The position numbers and the translations under genes are program-made. The notes beneath the pieces were generated by a model that was given only the letters and a program-made list of their open reading frames with translations, did no database searches and had not been told where the DNA came from. From an uncultured Amylibacter sp. (GTDB lineage Bacteria; Pseudomonadota; Alphaproteobacteria; Rhodobacterales; Rhodobacteraceae), in assembly GCA_963662815.2 (NCBI GenBank), contig CAXXWA010000036.1, forward strand, positions 16,701 to 80,700: 64,000 nt of DNA, written 5' to 3'. Positions 9,364 to 18,409 of this stretch are shown here, in pieces (within the stretch, counting starts at the first letter, position 1; every line of letters begins with the position of its first letter).

Positions 9364-10926
9364 GTGCACAATTTCTTGCCCGTTCGAGGATGCCCTGTTT
9401 TTTCGGAAAACGGGTGGGGCGCTGTGACTGAGCGCCCCACCATCAGCCTAGATCTCGTCGAGGTCTCCAAGCGCTTCCCCGGAACACTCGCGCTGGACAA
9501 GGTGAACTTTTCCGTTCGCGGCGGCGAGATCCATGCTCTGGCCGGAGAAAACGGAGCCGGCAAGTCGACGCTCGTGAAAATCATCGGCGGCGCCGTCGCC
9601 GCAGACTCCGGAAACCTCTCGATGGACGGGGAAATCCGGCATTTTTCCTCCCCGCGAGATGCCCGGGCAGCAGGCATACATGTCATTCATCAGGAATTGA
9701 TGCTGTTTCCCCAACTGTCCGTCGCAGAAAACGTCTTTCTCGGCATGCAGGAAAGGCTGGGAATCGTACGCCGCAAAACTTGGGAAACCGAAGCGTCAGA
9801 CATCCTGGAATCGCTCGGACACCCTTTAGACCCGCGACGCAGGGTCGGCGAGTTGTCAGTCGCCGACCGACAGATGATCGAGATTGCAAGGGCGCTCGCA
9901 AGCAACGCAAGAGTGCTTGTCCTGGACGAACCGTCGGCGGTCATTGCCGGCGAGGAGGCGCGGGTTCTGATGGATCGCCTTCGCGAGATGCGCAGGCTGG
10001 GCGTCGCGATTGTCTACATCTCGCATCGCCTCGAGGAGGTCTTCGCGATCGCCGATCGCGTGACCGTGCTCAAGGACGGTCGACGCGTGGCGACGCGTGG
10101 CGTGCGGGAACTGACTCCGGATTCCCTGACCGTCATGATGGTCGGCCGGACCATTGAAGACGTTTTCCCTCCGGCTCCGACGCGAACCGAGGACGCCGAA
10201 ATCGTACTGAGCGTTCAGGATCTCAGCAGTCCGCCGCGTGTGCTTGACGGCAACCTCGACTTGAAGGCCGGCGAGATTCTCGGCCTGGGAGGACTCGCGG
10301 GTGCCGGCCGTTCTGAATTGGCGGAGGCGATCTTCGGCGCGGCTCCCGTCATGGGCGGGCAGGTCCGGCTGGCCGGCGAGGAGGTGACAGGCTGTTCGCC
10401 GGAACAGATGATCAGCCGCGGCGTGGGTTTCCTGACCGAGGACCGAAAGTCCCTGGGGCTCCTGATGCAGCTGGATATCGCCGCCAACATGAGTGCGCCC
10501 GCACTGAGCAAGTTCAGCAGAAGAGGTATCTTCGCACGAAAGAAGGAACTTGCGATGTCGGAGAACGAAATTGTCCGCCTTTCCATCGCGGCGCCGAACG
10601 GTGAGGCGCCCGTAGCGACGCTTTCAGGCGGGAACCAGCAGAAGACCCTGTTCAGCAGATGGTCGCGAACCGCACCAAAGGTACTGATCCTGGACGAGCC
10701 CACGAGAGGCGTTGATGTCGGCGCAAAGGCGGAGATCTACCGCATAATCCGGACGCTGTCTGTCAGCGGTGTGGCGATTCTGCTCATCAGTTCGGAACTC
10801 GCCGAACTCGTCGGGCTCGCCGACCGCGTCGTGGTCATGCGCGAAGGCCGCATGACCGGGTCCTTGGACAAGTCTGCAGTAAGCGAGGAAGCAATCATGC
10901 GCCTGGCAGTCAGAGGCACCGCATGA
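9364..10926 (+). CDS. sugar ABC transporter ATP-binding protein (duplicated ABC cassette, RbsA/XylG-like)
   Basis: Two cassettes are present. The first has Walker A GENGAGKST, signature LSVADRQ and Walker B VLVLDEP. The second has a GLAGAGRSE P-loop, LSGGNQQK and VLILDEP. The true start is more likely GTG 9424 (VTERPTISLDLVEV...). Confidence 0.9.
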   Translation: MHNFLPVRGCPVFSENGWGAVTERPTISLDLVEVSKRFPGTLALDKVNFSVRGGEIHALAGENGAGKSTLVKIIGGAVAADSGNLSMDGEIRHFSSPRDARAAGIHVIHQELMLFPQLSVAENVFLGMQERLGIVRRKTWETEASDILESLGHPLDPRRRVGELSVADRQMIEIARALASNARVLVLDEPSAVIAGEEARVLMDRLREMRRLGVAIVYISHRLEEVFAIADRVTVLKDGRRVATRGVRELTPDSLTVMMVGRTIEDVFPPAPTRTEDAEIVLSVQDLSSPPRVLDGNLDLKAGEILGLGGLAGAGRSELAEAIFGAAPVMGGQVRLAGEEVTGCSPEQMISRGVGFLTEDRKSLGLLMQLDIAANMSAPALSKFSRRGIFARKKELAMSENEIVRLSIAAPNGEAPVATLSGGNQQKTLFSRWSRTAPKVLILDEPTRGVDVGAKAEIYRIIRTLSVSGVAILLISSELAELVGLADRVVVMREGRMTGSLDKSAVSEEAIMRLAVRGTA

Positions 10927-11888
10927 AACCGGATTCTGCCTTGGTTCGCCTTCGCGACGTCCTGCGCGGCATTGGCGTTTCGCGCCTGGTTCTGGCGTTC
11001 ATGCTGGTTCTGGCGCTCGTGGCAGGCATGCTCGTGAACGAGCATTTCGCGAGCTGGCGCAATTTTGCGAACATCCTTGAGCAGTCCGCAGGATTCGCAT
11101 TTGTCAGTATCGGCCAAACGCTGGCGATCCTGACCGGCGGAATTGACCTGTCGGTCGGTGCCGTGATGAGCGCATGCGCAGTTTTCCTTGCGGCCGGCAT
11201 CGACGGCCGCGACGCGCTGGTCTGGCCAATTACGGTGGCGGCCCTCGCTCTTGGCGCGTTGATCGGAATCGTCAACGGCCTTCTCGTGACCCGTCTCCGG
11301 GTTCATCCGCTGATCGTCACGCTCGGCACGGCCGCGATCATCGAGGGTCTCATACTTCTCTACACGCTCAAACCGACCGGCTCCGTTCCGATCTGGTTCG
11401 AAGATTTTGCCTGGGCCCGTCCTGCGGGAATCCCCGTGGCAGCCATGGTCATGGCGGCCATTTTCGCGGCAGTTGCCCTGTTTCTCGCCTTCACGGGTTT
11501 GGGCCGGAGCATCTATGCGGTCGGCGACAACAGCGAGGCGGCCTCCCTCCGCGGCATCCCGGTGAACCAGGTTCTCGTGTTCGTTTACGGCGCGTCGGGA
11601 TTCTTCGCGGCACTGGCTGGAGTCTATTTCGTGAGCCGCACCGGTGTGGGCGACCCGAGGATCGGGGTGCCGTTCACCCTGGCCTCGATCACGCCGGTGA
11701 TCATTGGCGGAACAGTGCTCTCCGGCGGCAAGGGCGGAGTCATCGGAACCTTGTTCGGTGTTCTTCTTCTGGCTCTCATCGGAAACGTCCTGAACCACAT
11801 GAACGTGCCAACTTCCATTCAATGGGTCGTACAGGGCCTGATCATCCTGGCGGCGGTCAGCTTTCACGCAAGGGGCGCGCGCAAATGA
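10923..11888 (+). CDS. sugar ABC transporter permease (RbsC/BPD_transp_2 type)
   Basis: 321 aa, about 9-10 TM segments. Its start overlaps the ATPase stop (ATGA). Family-typical motifs TGGIDLSVGAV and GGTVLSGGKGGVIGT are present. Confidence 0.9.
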   Translation: MKPDSALVRLRDVLRGIGVSRLVLAFMLVLALVAGMLVNEHFASWRNFANILEQSAGFAFVSIGQTLAILTGGIDLSVGAVMSACAVFLAAGIDGRDALVWPITVAALALGALIGIVNGLLVTRLRVHPLIVTLGTAAIIEGLILLYTLKPTGSVPIWFEDFAWARPAGIPVAAMVMAAIFAAVALFLAFTGLGRSIYAVGDNSEAASLRGIPVNQVLVFVYGASGFFAALAGVYFVSRTGVGDPRIGVPFTLASITPVIIGGTVLSGGKGGVIGTLFGVLLLALIGNVLNHMNVPTSIQWVVQGLIILAAVSFHARGARK

Positions 11889-12901
11889 GCACGCAGTCGG
11901 AAAACCGGCCTCCGGGGCGCAAGGAAACCGGTTCGCTGGGATCCGCCATATCCGCGGCGACGCGCAGGATCAGGAGTGAAGTCGGCCTTGCGGCGTTTCT
12001 CGGGATGCTGATGCTGGTCGCAACGCTCATCCAGCCTCGGTTCATCGATCCGGCCAACCTGCGGGACATCCTCACACAGGCGGCGCCGCTTCTGATAGTC
12101 ACCATGGGTCAAGCATTCGTAATCCTGGTTCGGGGGCTGGATCTTTCGGTCGCGTCTCTCATGGCCACGGTTGCCGTCCTCGCAACCGCTTTCAATGCCC
12201 AGTCAGACATCATGATCGTACCGATCTTCGCGGCCGCGATTGCATTTTCGGCCACCGTTGGATTGATCAACGGCCTGTTGGTAACAAAGCGACGCGTCTC
12301 GCCGTTCCTCGCTACGCTGGCCATGATGATCCTGCTTCAGGGACTTCGCTTTTCCTACACGCAGGGCGCACCCGCAGGGACCCTACCGCCGGGATTTCGC
12401 TGGCTTGGAACAGGAGATTTCGCCGGTGTGCCTGTAAACCTCATGGCTGCGGCGCTTTTGGCAGTGGTGCTCTGGATAGCGCTTCACAAGGGGGTCTTCG
12501 GACGCAGGGTGTTCATCGTCGGCGGGAATCCGAGGGCGGCGGAACTGGTGGGAATCAAGGCCGACCGGACGATCGTGGCCTGCTACGTGATCTGTTCGGT
12601 CATGGCGGGAATTGGCGGACTCTTCCTTGTGGGCTACGTCGGCACCGTCGACAACTGGGTGGGGCGCGGCTACGAGTTGGATTCAATTGTCGCCGCGGTG
12701 ATGGGCGGCGTGGTGCTCAGCGGCGGACGCGGCAGTATTGCCGGGGCGTTGCTGGGCGCGCTGATCCTGGTCACCATCTTCAACATCATCATCATTGTCG
12801 GCCTTCCGGTCCAGGGCCAGTTCGTGGTCAAGGGCGCCGTGATAATCGGCGCGGCGGCAATCTACGCAAACCTGGCAAACCGCAATTCGTCGACGCCATG
12901 A
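11885..12901 (+). CDS. sugar ABC transporter permease (second subunit)
   Basis: The real start is ATG 11885, an ATGA overlap with the upstream permease stop. The protein begins MSTQSENRPPG... and contains VRGLDLSVASLM and GGVVLSGGRGSIAGA. The 575-aa ORF in the track (from 11174) is an out-of-frame run-in. Confidence 0.88.
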   Translation: MSTQSENRPPGRKETGSLGSAISAATRRIRSEVGLAAFLGMLMLVATLIQPRFIDPANLRDILTQAAPLLIVTMGQAFVILVRGLDLSVASLMATVAVLATAFNAQSDIMIVPIFAAAIAFSATVGLINGLLVTKRRVSPFLATLAMMILLQGLRFSYTQGAPAGTLPPGFRWLGTGDFAGVPVNLMAAALLAVVLWIALHKGVFGRRVFIVGGNPRAAELVGIKADRTIVACYVICSVMAGIGGLFLVGYVGTVDNWVGRGYELDSIVAAVMGGVVLSGGRGSIAGALLGALILVTIFNIIIIVGLPVQGQFVVKGAVIIGAAAIYANLANRNSSTP

Positions 12902-13002
12902 CATCCGCTGCCACTGCCGTTTCATCCGTAGTCGCTATGTATGCGCTGCATCGAAGAAACGACCACCACATCGACTTGGAATGAATATTTGGAGATCTCA
13001 AC

Positions 13003-14289
13003 ATGGCCGAAATCCTCAAGCACGGGCTCGCACCTGATCAAGGGGCTGAAGACCAGTGGAAAGTACGCGAAACCGTGGCCGGGATCATCGAGGATGTCGA
13101 GGCGCGGGGGGAAGCCGCCATCCGTGACCTCAGCGAGCGATTCGATCAATGGAATCCGTCAAGCTTCCGCCTGACGGACGAGGATGTCGAGACATGCCTC
13201 GCCGAACTGACGTCTCGGCAGGTCGCTGACATCTCCTTTGCCCAGGAACAGGTTCGCCGCTTCGCTGAGGCGCAACGGGCAGCGCTGAAGGAAATCGAAG
13301 TCGAGACGATACCCGGCGTAACGCTTGGCCACAGGAACATCCCGGTCGACAGCGTGGCCTGTTACGTGCCTGGCGGCAAGTTTCCGATGGTCGCCTCCGC
13401 CCACATGGGCATAGTTACGGCGAAGGTCGCTGGCGTGAAGCGGGTCATCGCATTGTCTCCGCCCTTTCAAGGGCGGCCGAATCCCGCCGTCATATCCGCC
13501 ATGCACCTTGGAGGCGCCGACGAGATCTACTGCCTCGGCGGCGTCCAGGCGGTCGTGGCAGCGGCAGTTGGAGTGGAATTCTGCGAGCCCGTGTCGGTGA
13601 TCGTCGGTCCGGGAAACGCTTTCGTGGCCGAGGCCAAGCGCCAACTCTTTGGCCGGGTCGGAATCGACCTTATCGCCGGGCCAACGGAGACGCTGCTGAT
13701 CGCCGACGAAACATGCGACCCGGAAATGGCGGCGACCGACCTGCTCGGCCAGGCCGAGCACGGATACAACTCTCCGGCCGTGCTCGTTACAACGAGCCGA
13801 AAACTTGCCGATGCGGTTCCCGCCGAAATCGAACGCCAGCTCGCCGTCCTTCCGACGGCAGAGACGGCACGCATGTCATGGCAGGACTACGGCCAGATCA
13901 TTCTGTGTCGCGACAATGTTGAAATGATAGAGGTCGGAGACCGGCTCGCCTTCGAACATGTTCAGATCATGACGGCCGATCCGGAATACTTCCTCGAGAA
14001 TCTCTCCAACTACGGAGCGCTCTTCCTCGGGCATGAGACCAACGTTGCATTCGGCGACAAGGTCATCGGCACTAACCACACCCTGCCGACTTCCCGCGCC
14101 GCTCGCTACACGGGCGGCCTATGGGTCGGGAAGTTCATCAAGACCTGCACATACCAGAGGGTCTCGCCGGGGGCTGCCGCCGAGGTCGGCGCAGCGTGCT
14201 CGCGCCTTTGCGAACTCGAAGGCTTCTGGGGACACAAGGCTCAGGCCGACCTTCGCGTACGGCGGTACGGTCAACTCAACTCGGCCTAA
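13003..14289 (+). CDS. histidinol-dehydrogenase-family (HisD paralogue) NAD-dependent dehydrogenase, non-his context
   Basis: 428 aa. HisD hallmarks are present: [36 protein letters not shown] and the [15 protein letters not shown] region. It is the last gene of the ThDP-enzyme/ABC cluster and no other his genes are nearby. Confidence 0.85.
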   Translation: MAEILKHGLAPDQGAEDQWKVRETVAGIIEDVEARGEAAIRDLSERFDQWNPSSFRLTDEDVETCLAELTSRQVADISFAQEQVRRFAEAQRAALKEIEVETIPGVTLGHRNIPVDSVACYVPGGKFPMVASAHMGIVTAKVAGVKRVIALSPPFQGRPNPAVISAMHLGGADEIYCLGGVQAVVAAAVGVEFCEPVSVIVGPGNAFVAEAKRQLFGRVGIDLIAGPTETLLIADETCDPEMAATDLLGQAEHGYNSPAVLVTTSRKLADAVPAEIERQLAVLPTAETARMSWQDYGQIILCRDNVEMIEVGDRLAFEHVQIMTADPEYFLENLSNYGALFLGHETNVAFGDKVIGTNHTLPTSRAARYTGGLWVGKFIKTCTYQRVSPGAAAEVGAACSRLCELEGFWGHKAQADLRVRRYGQLNSA

Positions 14290-14620
14290 TTTCCGGCGAT
14301 CACCACCGAGCGATTCGCATGGATGTTGGTCCCGCAATGCGGGGCCATATCCGCTCCGGATGTCGTCACGAGCGGCGATTGCCAATCCGGGTCTGTCGTT
14401 CGACCCGTGGAAAGTGTCAAGTTAACAGACTCCTGCCGGAAAGGGCGCCGTTGCCTTCGATATCCATTCCAATCCCAACCAGCTACATGGAAGTTCGAAC
14501 GCAGTTGAAGGGATTGGGTCGCATGCAAAATTCGCGGATTCGGGCGCTCGCGACGCTTACCCCGATTTCGGCAACCTTTGACATGCCTGTCCGGTTGCCT
14601 GCGCCCGCAACTGCGTTCTA

Positions 14621-14837
14621 CGGGGCCCGTTCCACTCTGAATTGCAACACCAGCAGTGGTGGCGACTTCCGTCCTTCGACGCAGGATGTTATGAATCGAC
14701 CAGATGGCGGCGACAGTCCCGGCGTTGAAGGAAGGAGACTGTCATGCCGTAGGGCTGCCACCACCTGACATGCGGAGAGCGCTGCCGGACATGCGCGCTG
14801 AGGAAAAGCGAACCGCCGGATCCGGCCATTGCCCGGC
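14621..14837 (+). mobile_element. truncated IS30-family-like left-end remnant (inverted-repeat arm A)
   Basis: This is about 217 bp and, by eye, roughly 80-85% identical to the reverse complement of 15422-15640. It starts with the terminal motif CCACTCTGAATTGCAACACC and ends inside the remnant of the transposase HTH (RKSEPPDPAIAR), after which similarity stops. Confidence 0.45.
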
Positions 14838-14879
14838 TCCGGCGGCACTGCGCCCAGCCAGACAATTGTCAGAAACTGA

Positions 14880-15185
14880 AAACCAAACCACACCGGCGGA
14901 AATCAAACCAAGCTTTGACTTGCTGTCCCCAACCTTGAACGAAAATTGCTCGCACTCGAAACGCACGGCCATGTTATCGGTGAACGTGTATTGCCCGCCC
15001 AAACCACCGACAAACCCGACGTCCGACAAAGAAGTTGTTCCGTCGTCATCGCCAATACCTGAAAGGGACCGATCAACAGCCCAGCGGTGAACCCCGATCC
15101 TGCCGAATACGACAAAGTCGTCTAGCGGATACGACAGCATAGCTGTTCCGAATACGCTGTATTTGCGCTTGAGCGACGTCACATT
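14880..15185 (-). pseudogene. C-terminal fragment of an outer-membrane beta-barrel protein (OmpA-like/Omp25-31/OmpW-type)
   Basis: Translation reads ...KYSVFGTAMLSYPLDDFVVFGRIGVHRWAVDRSLSGIGDDDGTTSLSDVGFVGGLGGQYTFTDNMAVRFECEQFSFKVGDSKSKLGLISAGVVWF. It shows amphipathic beta-strands and an aromatic terminal strand. There is no signal peptide or N-terminal half. IS-derived sequence bounds both sides (14837 and 15188). Confidence 0.55.
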
Positions 15186-15187
15186 TG

Positions 15188-15640
15188 GTGCCCCACTTCC
15201 ACTCCGAAGTGCAACACCGGCCACTTCCGCTGCGAGCGCGCAGCCCGGGCGCAGAAGATGGCCCTGTGATGGCGAATCCAGGCCCCGGGGCGCCCGAGAT
15301 CCTGACCCGACGCGGCCGAAGTCCCGTCGAGGACTTTCCCTGCGCCTGCCTGTGCCTGTATCCGCGGCGGCCGCTGTTGCGCCGGATCTCGCGCCAGACA
15401 GTCATCCGGTCCCGGCCGAGCTGCCGGGCAATGGCCGGATCGGACAGCCCGCTTTTCCTCGGCGCGTATATCCTGGCATCGTTCGGCGTAGGTCAGGTGG
15501 TGGTAGCCCTACGGCATGACAGCCTCCATGTTTCATCACAGGGACTGTCGCCGCCATCTGGCCGATTCACAACATCCTGCGCCGAAAGACGCAAGTCATC
15601 ACCACCTCTGGTGTTGCACTTCAGAGTGGCACGGGGGCAC
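15188..15640 (-). mobile_element. internally deleted (MITE-like) IS30-family element remnant carrying only the transposase N-terminal HTH
   Basis: Terminal inverted repeats are GTGCCCCACTTCCACTCCGAAGTGCAACACC (15188-15218) and the rc of 15610-15640, GTGCCCCCGTGCCACTCTGAAGTGCAACACC (about 26/31 match). The minus-strand translation of 15489-15333 is TPNDARIYAPRKSGLSDPAIARQLGRDRMTVWREIRRNSGRRGYRHRQAQ. This is the IS30-type HTH (IARxLGRxxxTIxREIxRN...GYR). No DDE domain follows. Confidence 0.5.
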
Positions 15641-15666
15641 GGAAAATCGACCGCACTCGCTGAAGA

Positions 15667-16461
15667 TCAGTCGGCGGAACCGAAAGATGCGATGACCGGC
15701 GCGTGATCCGACGGCTTGTCCCAGCCGCGCACGGAGCGGAGAATCCGGCTCCCGCTGCTCCCTCCGGCAATGTCCGGCGTCGCCCACAGGTGGTCGAGAC
15801 GCCGTCCCCTGTCCGACGCGCTCCAGTCCCGCGCTCTATAGGACCACCAGCTGAAGAGCCTGCCATCGGGAATATGCTTGCGGGCAACGTCGACCCACCG
15901 GCCCGCCGAGCGCACGGTCTCGAGCCTTTCGACTTCCACCGGAGTGTGCGAGACGACGTTCAGGAGTTTCCGGTGGTCCCAGACATCGTCTTCGCGCGGG
16001 GCGATGTTGAGGTCGCCCGCGAGGATCGAGCGCGTCGGCGGCTCCGCTTCGAACCAGCTCCGCATCTCGTCCAGGAACTTCAGTTTGTGGGCGAATTTCT
16101 CGTTCAATTGCGGATCCGGCACGTCTCCGCCGGCCGGCACGTAGAAGTTGTGCACGATGACGCCGTTCGGTAACCGCCCGGCGACGTGGCGCGCGTCACC
16201 CTTAGCGCAGAAGTCCCTGTGACCCGCATCCTCCACCGGCAGCCGCGAGAGTATGGCGACGCCGTTGTAGCCCTTCTGTCCACGCGCAATCAGCCGATCG
16301 TAGCCGATCCCGGCAAATCCTTCTGTCGGAATGTTCTCGACGGGAGACTTGCATTCCTGCAGGCAGAGCACGTCGGGGGCCTGTTCCAGGAGGAACCTCA
16401 TGACAAGGCCTTCACGGAGCCTGACTGAGTTGATGTTCCAAGTGGCGATGGTGAACTTCAT
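15667..16461 (-). CDS. xthA: exodeoxyribonuclease III
   Basis: True start is ATG 16461 (MKFTIATWNINSVRLR...LCLQECK...). The C-terminus carries the SDHAPV catalytic motif. The upstream 74 codons in the track ORF are an extension. Confidence 0.92.
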   Translation of the reverse strand: MKFTIATWNINSVRLREGLVMRFLLEQAPDVLCLQECKSPVENIPTEGFAGIGYDRLIARGQKGYNGVAILSRLPVEDAGHRDFCAKGDARHVAGRLPNGVIVHNFYVPAGGDVPDPQLNEKFAHKLKFLDEMRSWFEAEPPTRSILAGDLNIAPREDDVWDHRKLLNVVSHTPVEVERLETVRSAGRWVDVARKHIPDGRLFSWWSYRARDWSASDRGRRLDHLWATPDIAGGSSGSRILRSVRGWDKPSDHAPVIASFGSAD

Positions 16462-16705
16462 GGCATTCGCTTCCAGTCGGATTCGTTCAGGATAGGGACT
16501 CGGACGAAGGCGGCCAACCGGAATTCTCGGCAAGCTTCCCGAGCAAGCGGGCGGGAAGGGCATGTCCTCCGGCGGGCTTCGACGGAAAGGGCCATGAAGC
16601 GTCGCGACAAGCCGGGGCCTGTTGTAGCACTGCGGGGATGCTGCTAGCGTATCGAAACGGTCGCGCCAGGCATGACCGATCACGAGTTGAAAACGGAGAA
16701 TCTAC

Positions 16706-17725
16706 ATGTACCGGATCGCAAGAAGGCCCATGATTTCCGGCGCCGTGCTGGCCGCGGCGGCCACGGCAATGGCTGCCGACGCCGTAGCCGTCGAGTGGAA
16801 TGTCTCGCTTTGGGGCAAACGCCGCGCATTCACCGAACACGTCGAAAAGCTCGCCGAGCTCGTCTCCGAAAGGACCGGCGGGGAGTTCACGCTGAACCTT
16901 TCGTACGGCGGCCTTTCGAAAAACCGGGAGAACCTCGACGGCATTTCCATCGGAGCCTTCGAGATGGCCCAGTTCTGCGCCGGATACCACGGCGACAAGA
17001 ACCCCACCATCACCGTGCTTGAACTTCCCTTTCTAGGCGTGAACACGCTAGAGGAAGAGGTTGCGGTCAGCAATGCTGTTTACCAGCACCCGGCGACGGT
17101 TGCCGATCTCGCGCGATGGAACGCGAAGCTGCTGATGACCTCCCCGATGCCGCAATACAACATCGTCGGCACCGGAGCGCCGCGCGACGAACTGTCGGAG
17201 TTCGAGGGCATGCGCGTCCGGGCCACCGGCGGCCTCGGGAAAGCCTTCAAGGCAGTCGGGGCCGTGCCCACGTCGGTCACCGCGACCGAAGCGCAGCAGG
17301 CCATGGAAACCGGCGTCGTCGACACTGTCGCCTTCGCGCAGCACGCGCATCTTTCCTTCCAGACGATCGACCTCGCTGACTGGTGGACGGAAAACCTGAA
17401 TCCAGGCACCGTCAACTGTCCGGTCGTGGTCAATGTCGACGCCTACGAAGCCCTTTCACCCGACCATCGCGCAGCGCTCGACAAATCGGTGGGGATCGCG
17501 ATCGAGCACTACCTCGACAACTACGGAACGCTCCTCGCGACCTGGGAGAGCATCCTCGCCGAAAAGAACGTCCGGAAAGTGTCGATCAGCGAGGAAGAGC
17601 TCGCCAAGTTCCGGGAGGTTGCCGGCCCGGTGCGGGATGCCTGGATCGAAGAGATGACAGCGCAGGGGCTGCCGGCGCAGGAGTTGTACGACCTGGTCCA
17701 GTCCACGCTGCAGGCGATGCGCTGA
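16706..17725 (+). CDS. TRAP transporter substrate-binding protein (DctP family)
   Basis: 339 aa. It has a signal peptide (AVLAAAATAMAADA) and is followed by the DctQ and DctM components. Confidence 0.85.
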   Translation: MYRIARRPMISGAVLAAAATAMAADAVAVEWNVSLWGKRRAFTEHVEKLAELVSERTGGEFTLNLSYGGLSKNRENLDGISIGAFEMAQFCAGYHGDKNPTITVLELPFLGVNTLEEEVAVSNAVYQHPATVADLARWNAKLLMTSPMPQYNIVGTGAPRDELSEFEGMRVRATGGLGKAFKAVGAVPTSVTATEAQQAMETGVVDTVAFAQHAHLSFQTIDLADWWTENLNPGTVNCPVVVNVDAYEALSPDHRAALDKSVGIAIEHYLDNYGTLLATWESILAEKNVRKVSISEEELAKFREVAGPVRDAWIEEMTAQGLPAQELYDLVQSTLQAMR

Positions 17726-17779
17726 CATGAACGGGGCGCGCCGCCCGGCGCGCCCCGGACTACCGAACAGGCAAGCTGG

Positions 17780-18409
17780 ATGACCGCCTCGTCCGTCCGG
17801 ACCGACGGGACAAGACTGTCGCGCGCGGACCTTGCGTTCCTGCGCATCGAATCCGTTCTCAACGTCGCCAGCGGCCTGCTGATATTCTCGCTGGTCTGCC
17901 TTGCGGCGGCCAACGTGCTCGGCCGAAAGCTCTTCAATTTGCCGATCCCGGGATTCATCGACTGGGTCGAGCAGTTCATGGCGTTCTTCGTGTTCGCCGG
18001 CCTCGCCTTCTGCCAGAGGGAAGGCGGACACATACGCATGGAAATGTTCGTCGGCAGACTCCGGGGAAGGCGGCTCTGGTTGGCGGAAATCCTCTCGATC
18101 CTGCTGATGCTGTTCCTGACCACGGTCCTGATTTACGGCGGATGGTATCACTTTCTCCGGAGTTTCGACTTCGCCTCGCCGCTGTGGAGCCGGGACAGCT
18201 CGATCGACATTTCCCTCCCGCTCTGGCCCGCGAAGCTGATCGTTCCGGTTGCAATGGCCGTGCTCTGGTGCCGGCTCGCACTGCAGCTCTGGGGATTCGG
18301 CCGCGCGTTCCGCCTGAATTCCGACACACCCGTCGCCGTTCCGCTGGTGCTGGACGCGGCGGCGCATGCGGCGCACGAGGCGAACACGGTGCGCGGCGCC
18401 GATGGATGA
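17780..18409 (+). CDS. TRAP transporter small permease (DctQ family)
   Basis: 209 aa with 4 TM segments. It sits between the DctP-like and DctM-like genes. Confidence 0.8.
   Translation: MTASSVRTDGTRLSRADLAFLRIESVLNVASGLLIFSLVCLAAANVLGRKLFNLPIPGFIDWVEQFMAFFVFAGLAFCQREGGHIRMEMFVGRLRGRRLWLAEILSILLMLFLTTVLIYGGWYHFLRSFDFASPLWSRDSSIDISLPLWPAKLIVPVAMAVLWCRLALQLWGFGRAFRLNSDTPVAVPLVLDAAAHAAHEANTVRGADG

Noticed and set aside
10737-11867. 376-aa ORF antisense to the first ABC permease. Similar long antisense ORFs are at 8135..9058, 17456..18637, 53437..54684, 54966..56351, 57313..58005 and 37304..38254.
   Set aside because: All have low-complexity Arg/Asp/His/Gly-rich translations that fully overlap confidently identified genes on the other strand. 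I treat them as non-coding.
11174-11884. N-terminal 237 codons of the 575-aa track ORF 11174..12901
   Set aside because: This part is an out-of-frame overlap with the upstream permease and is Arg/Pro-rich. The real permease starts at ATG 11885 with an ATGA stop/start overlap.
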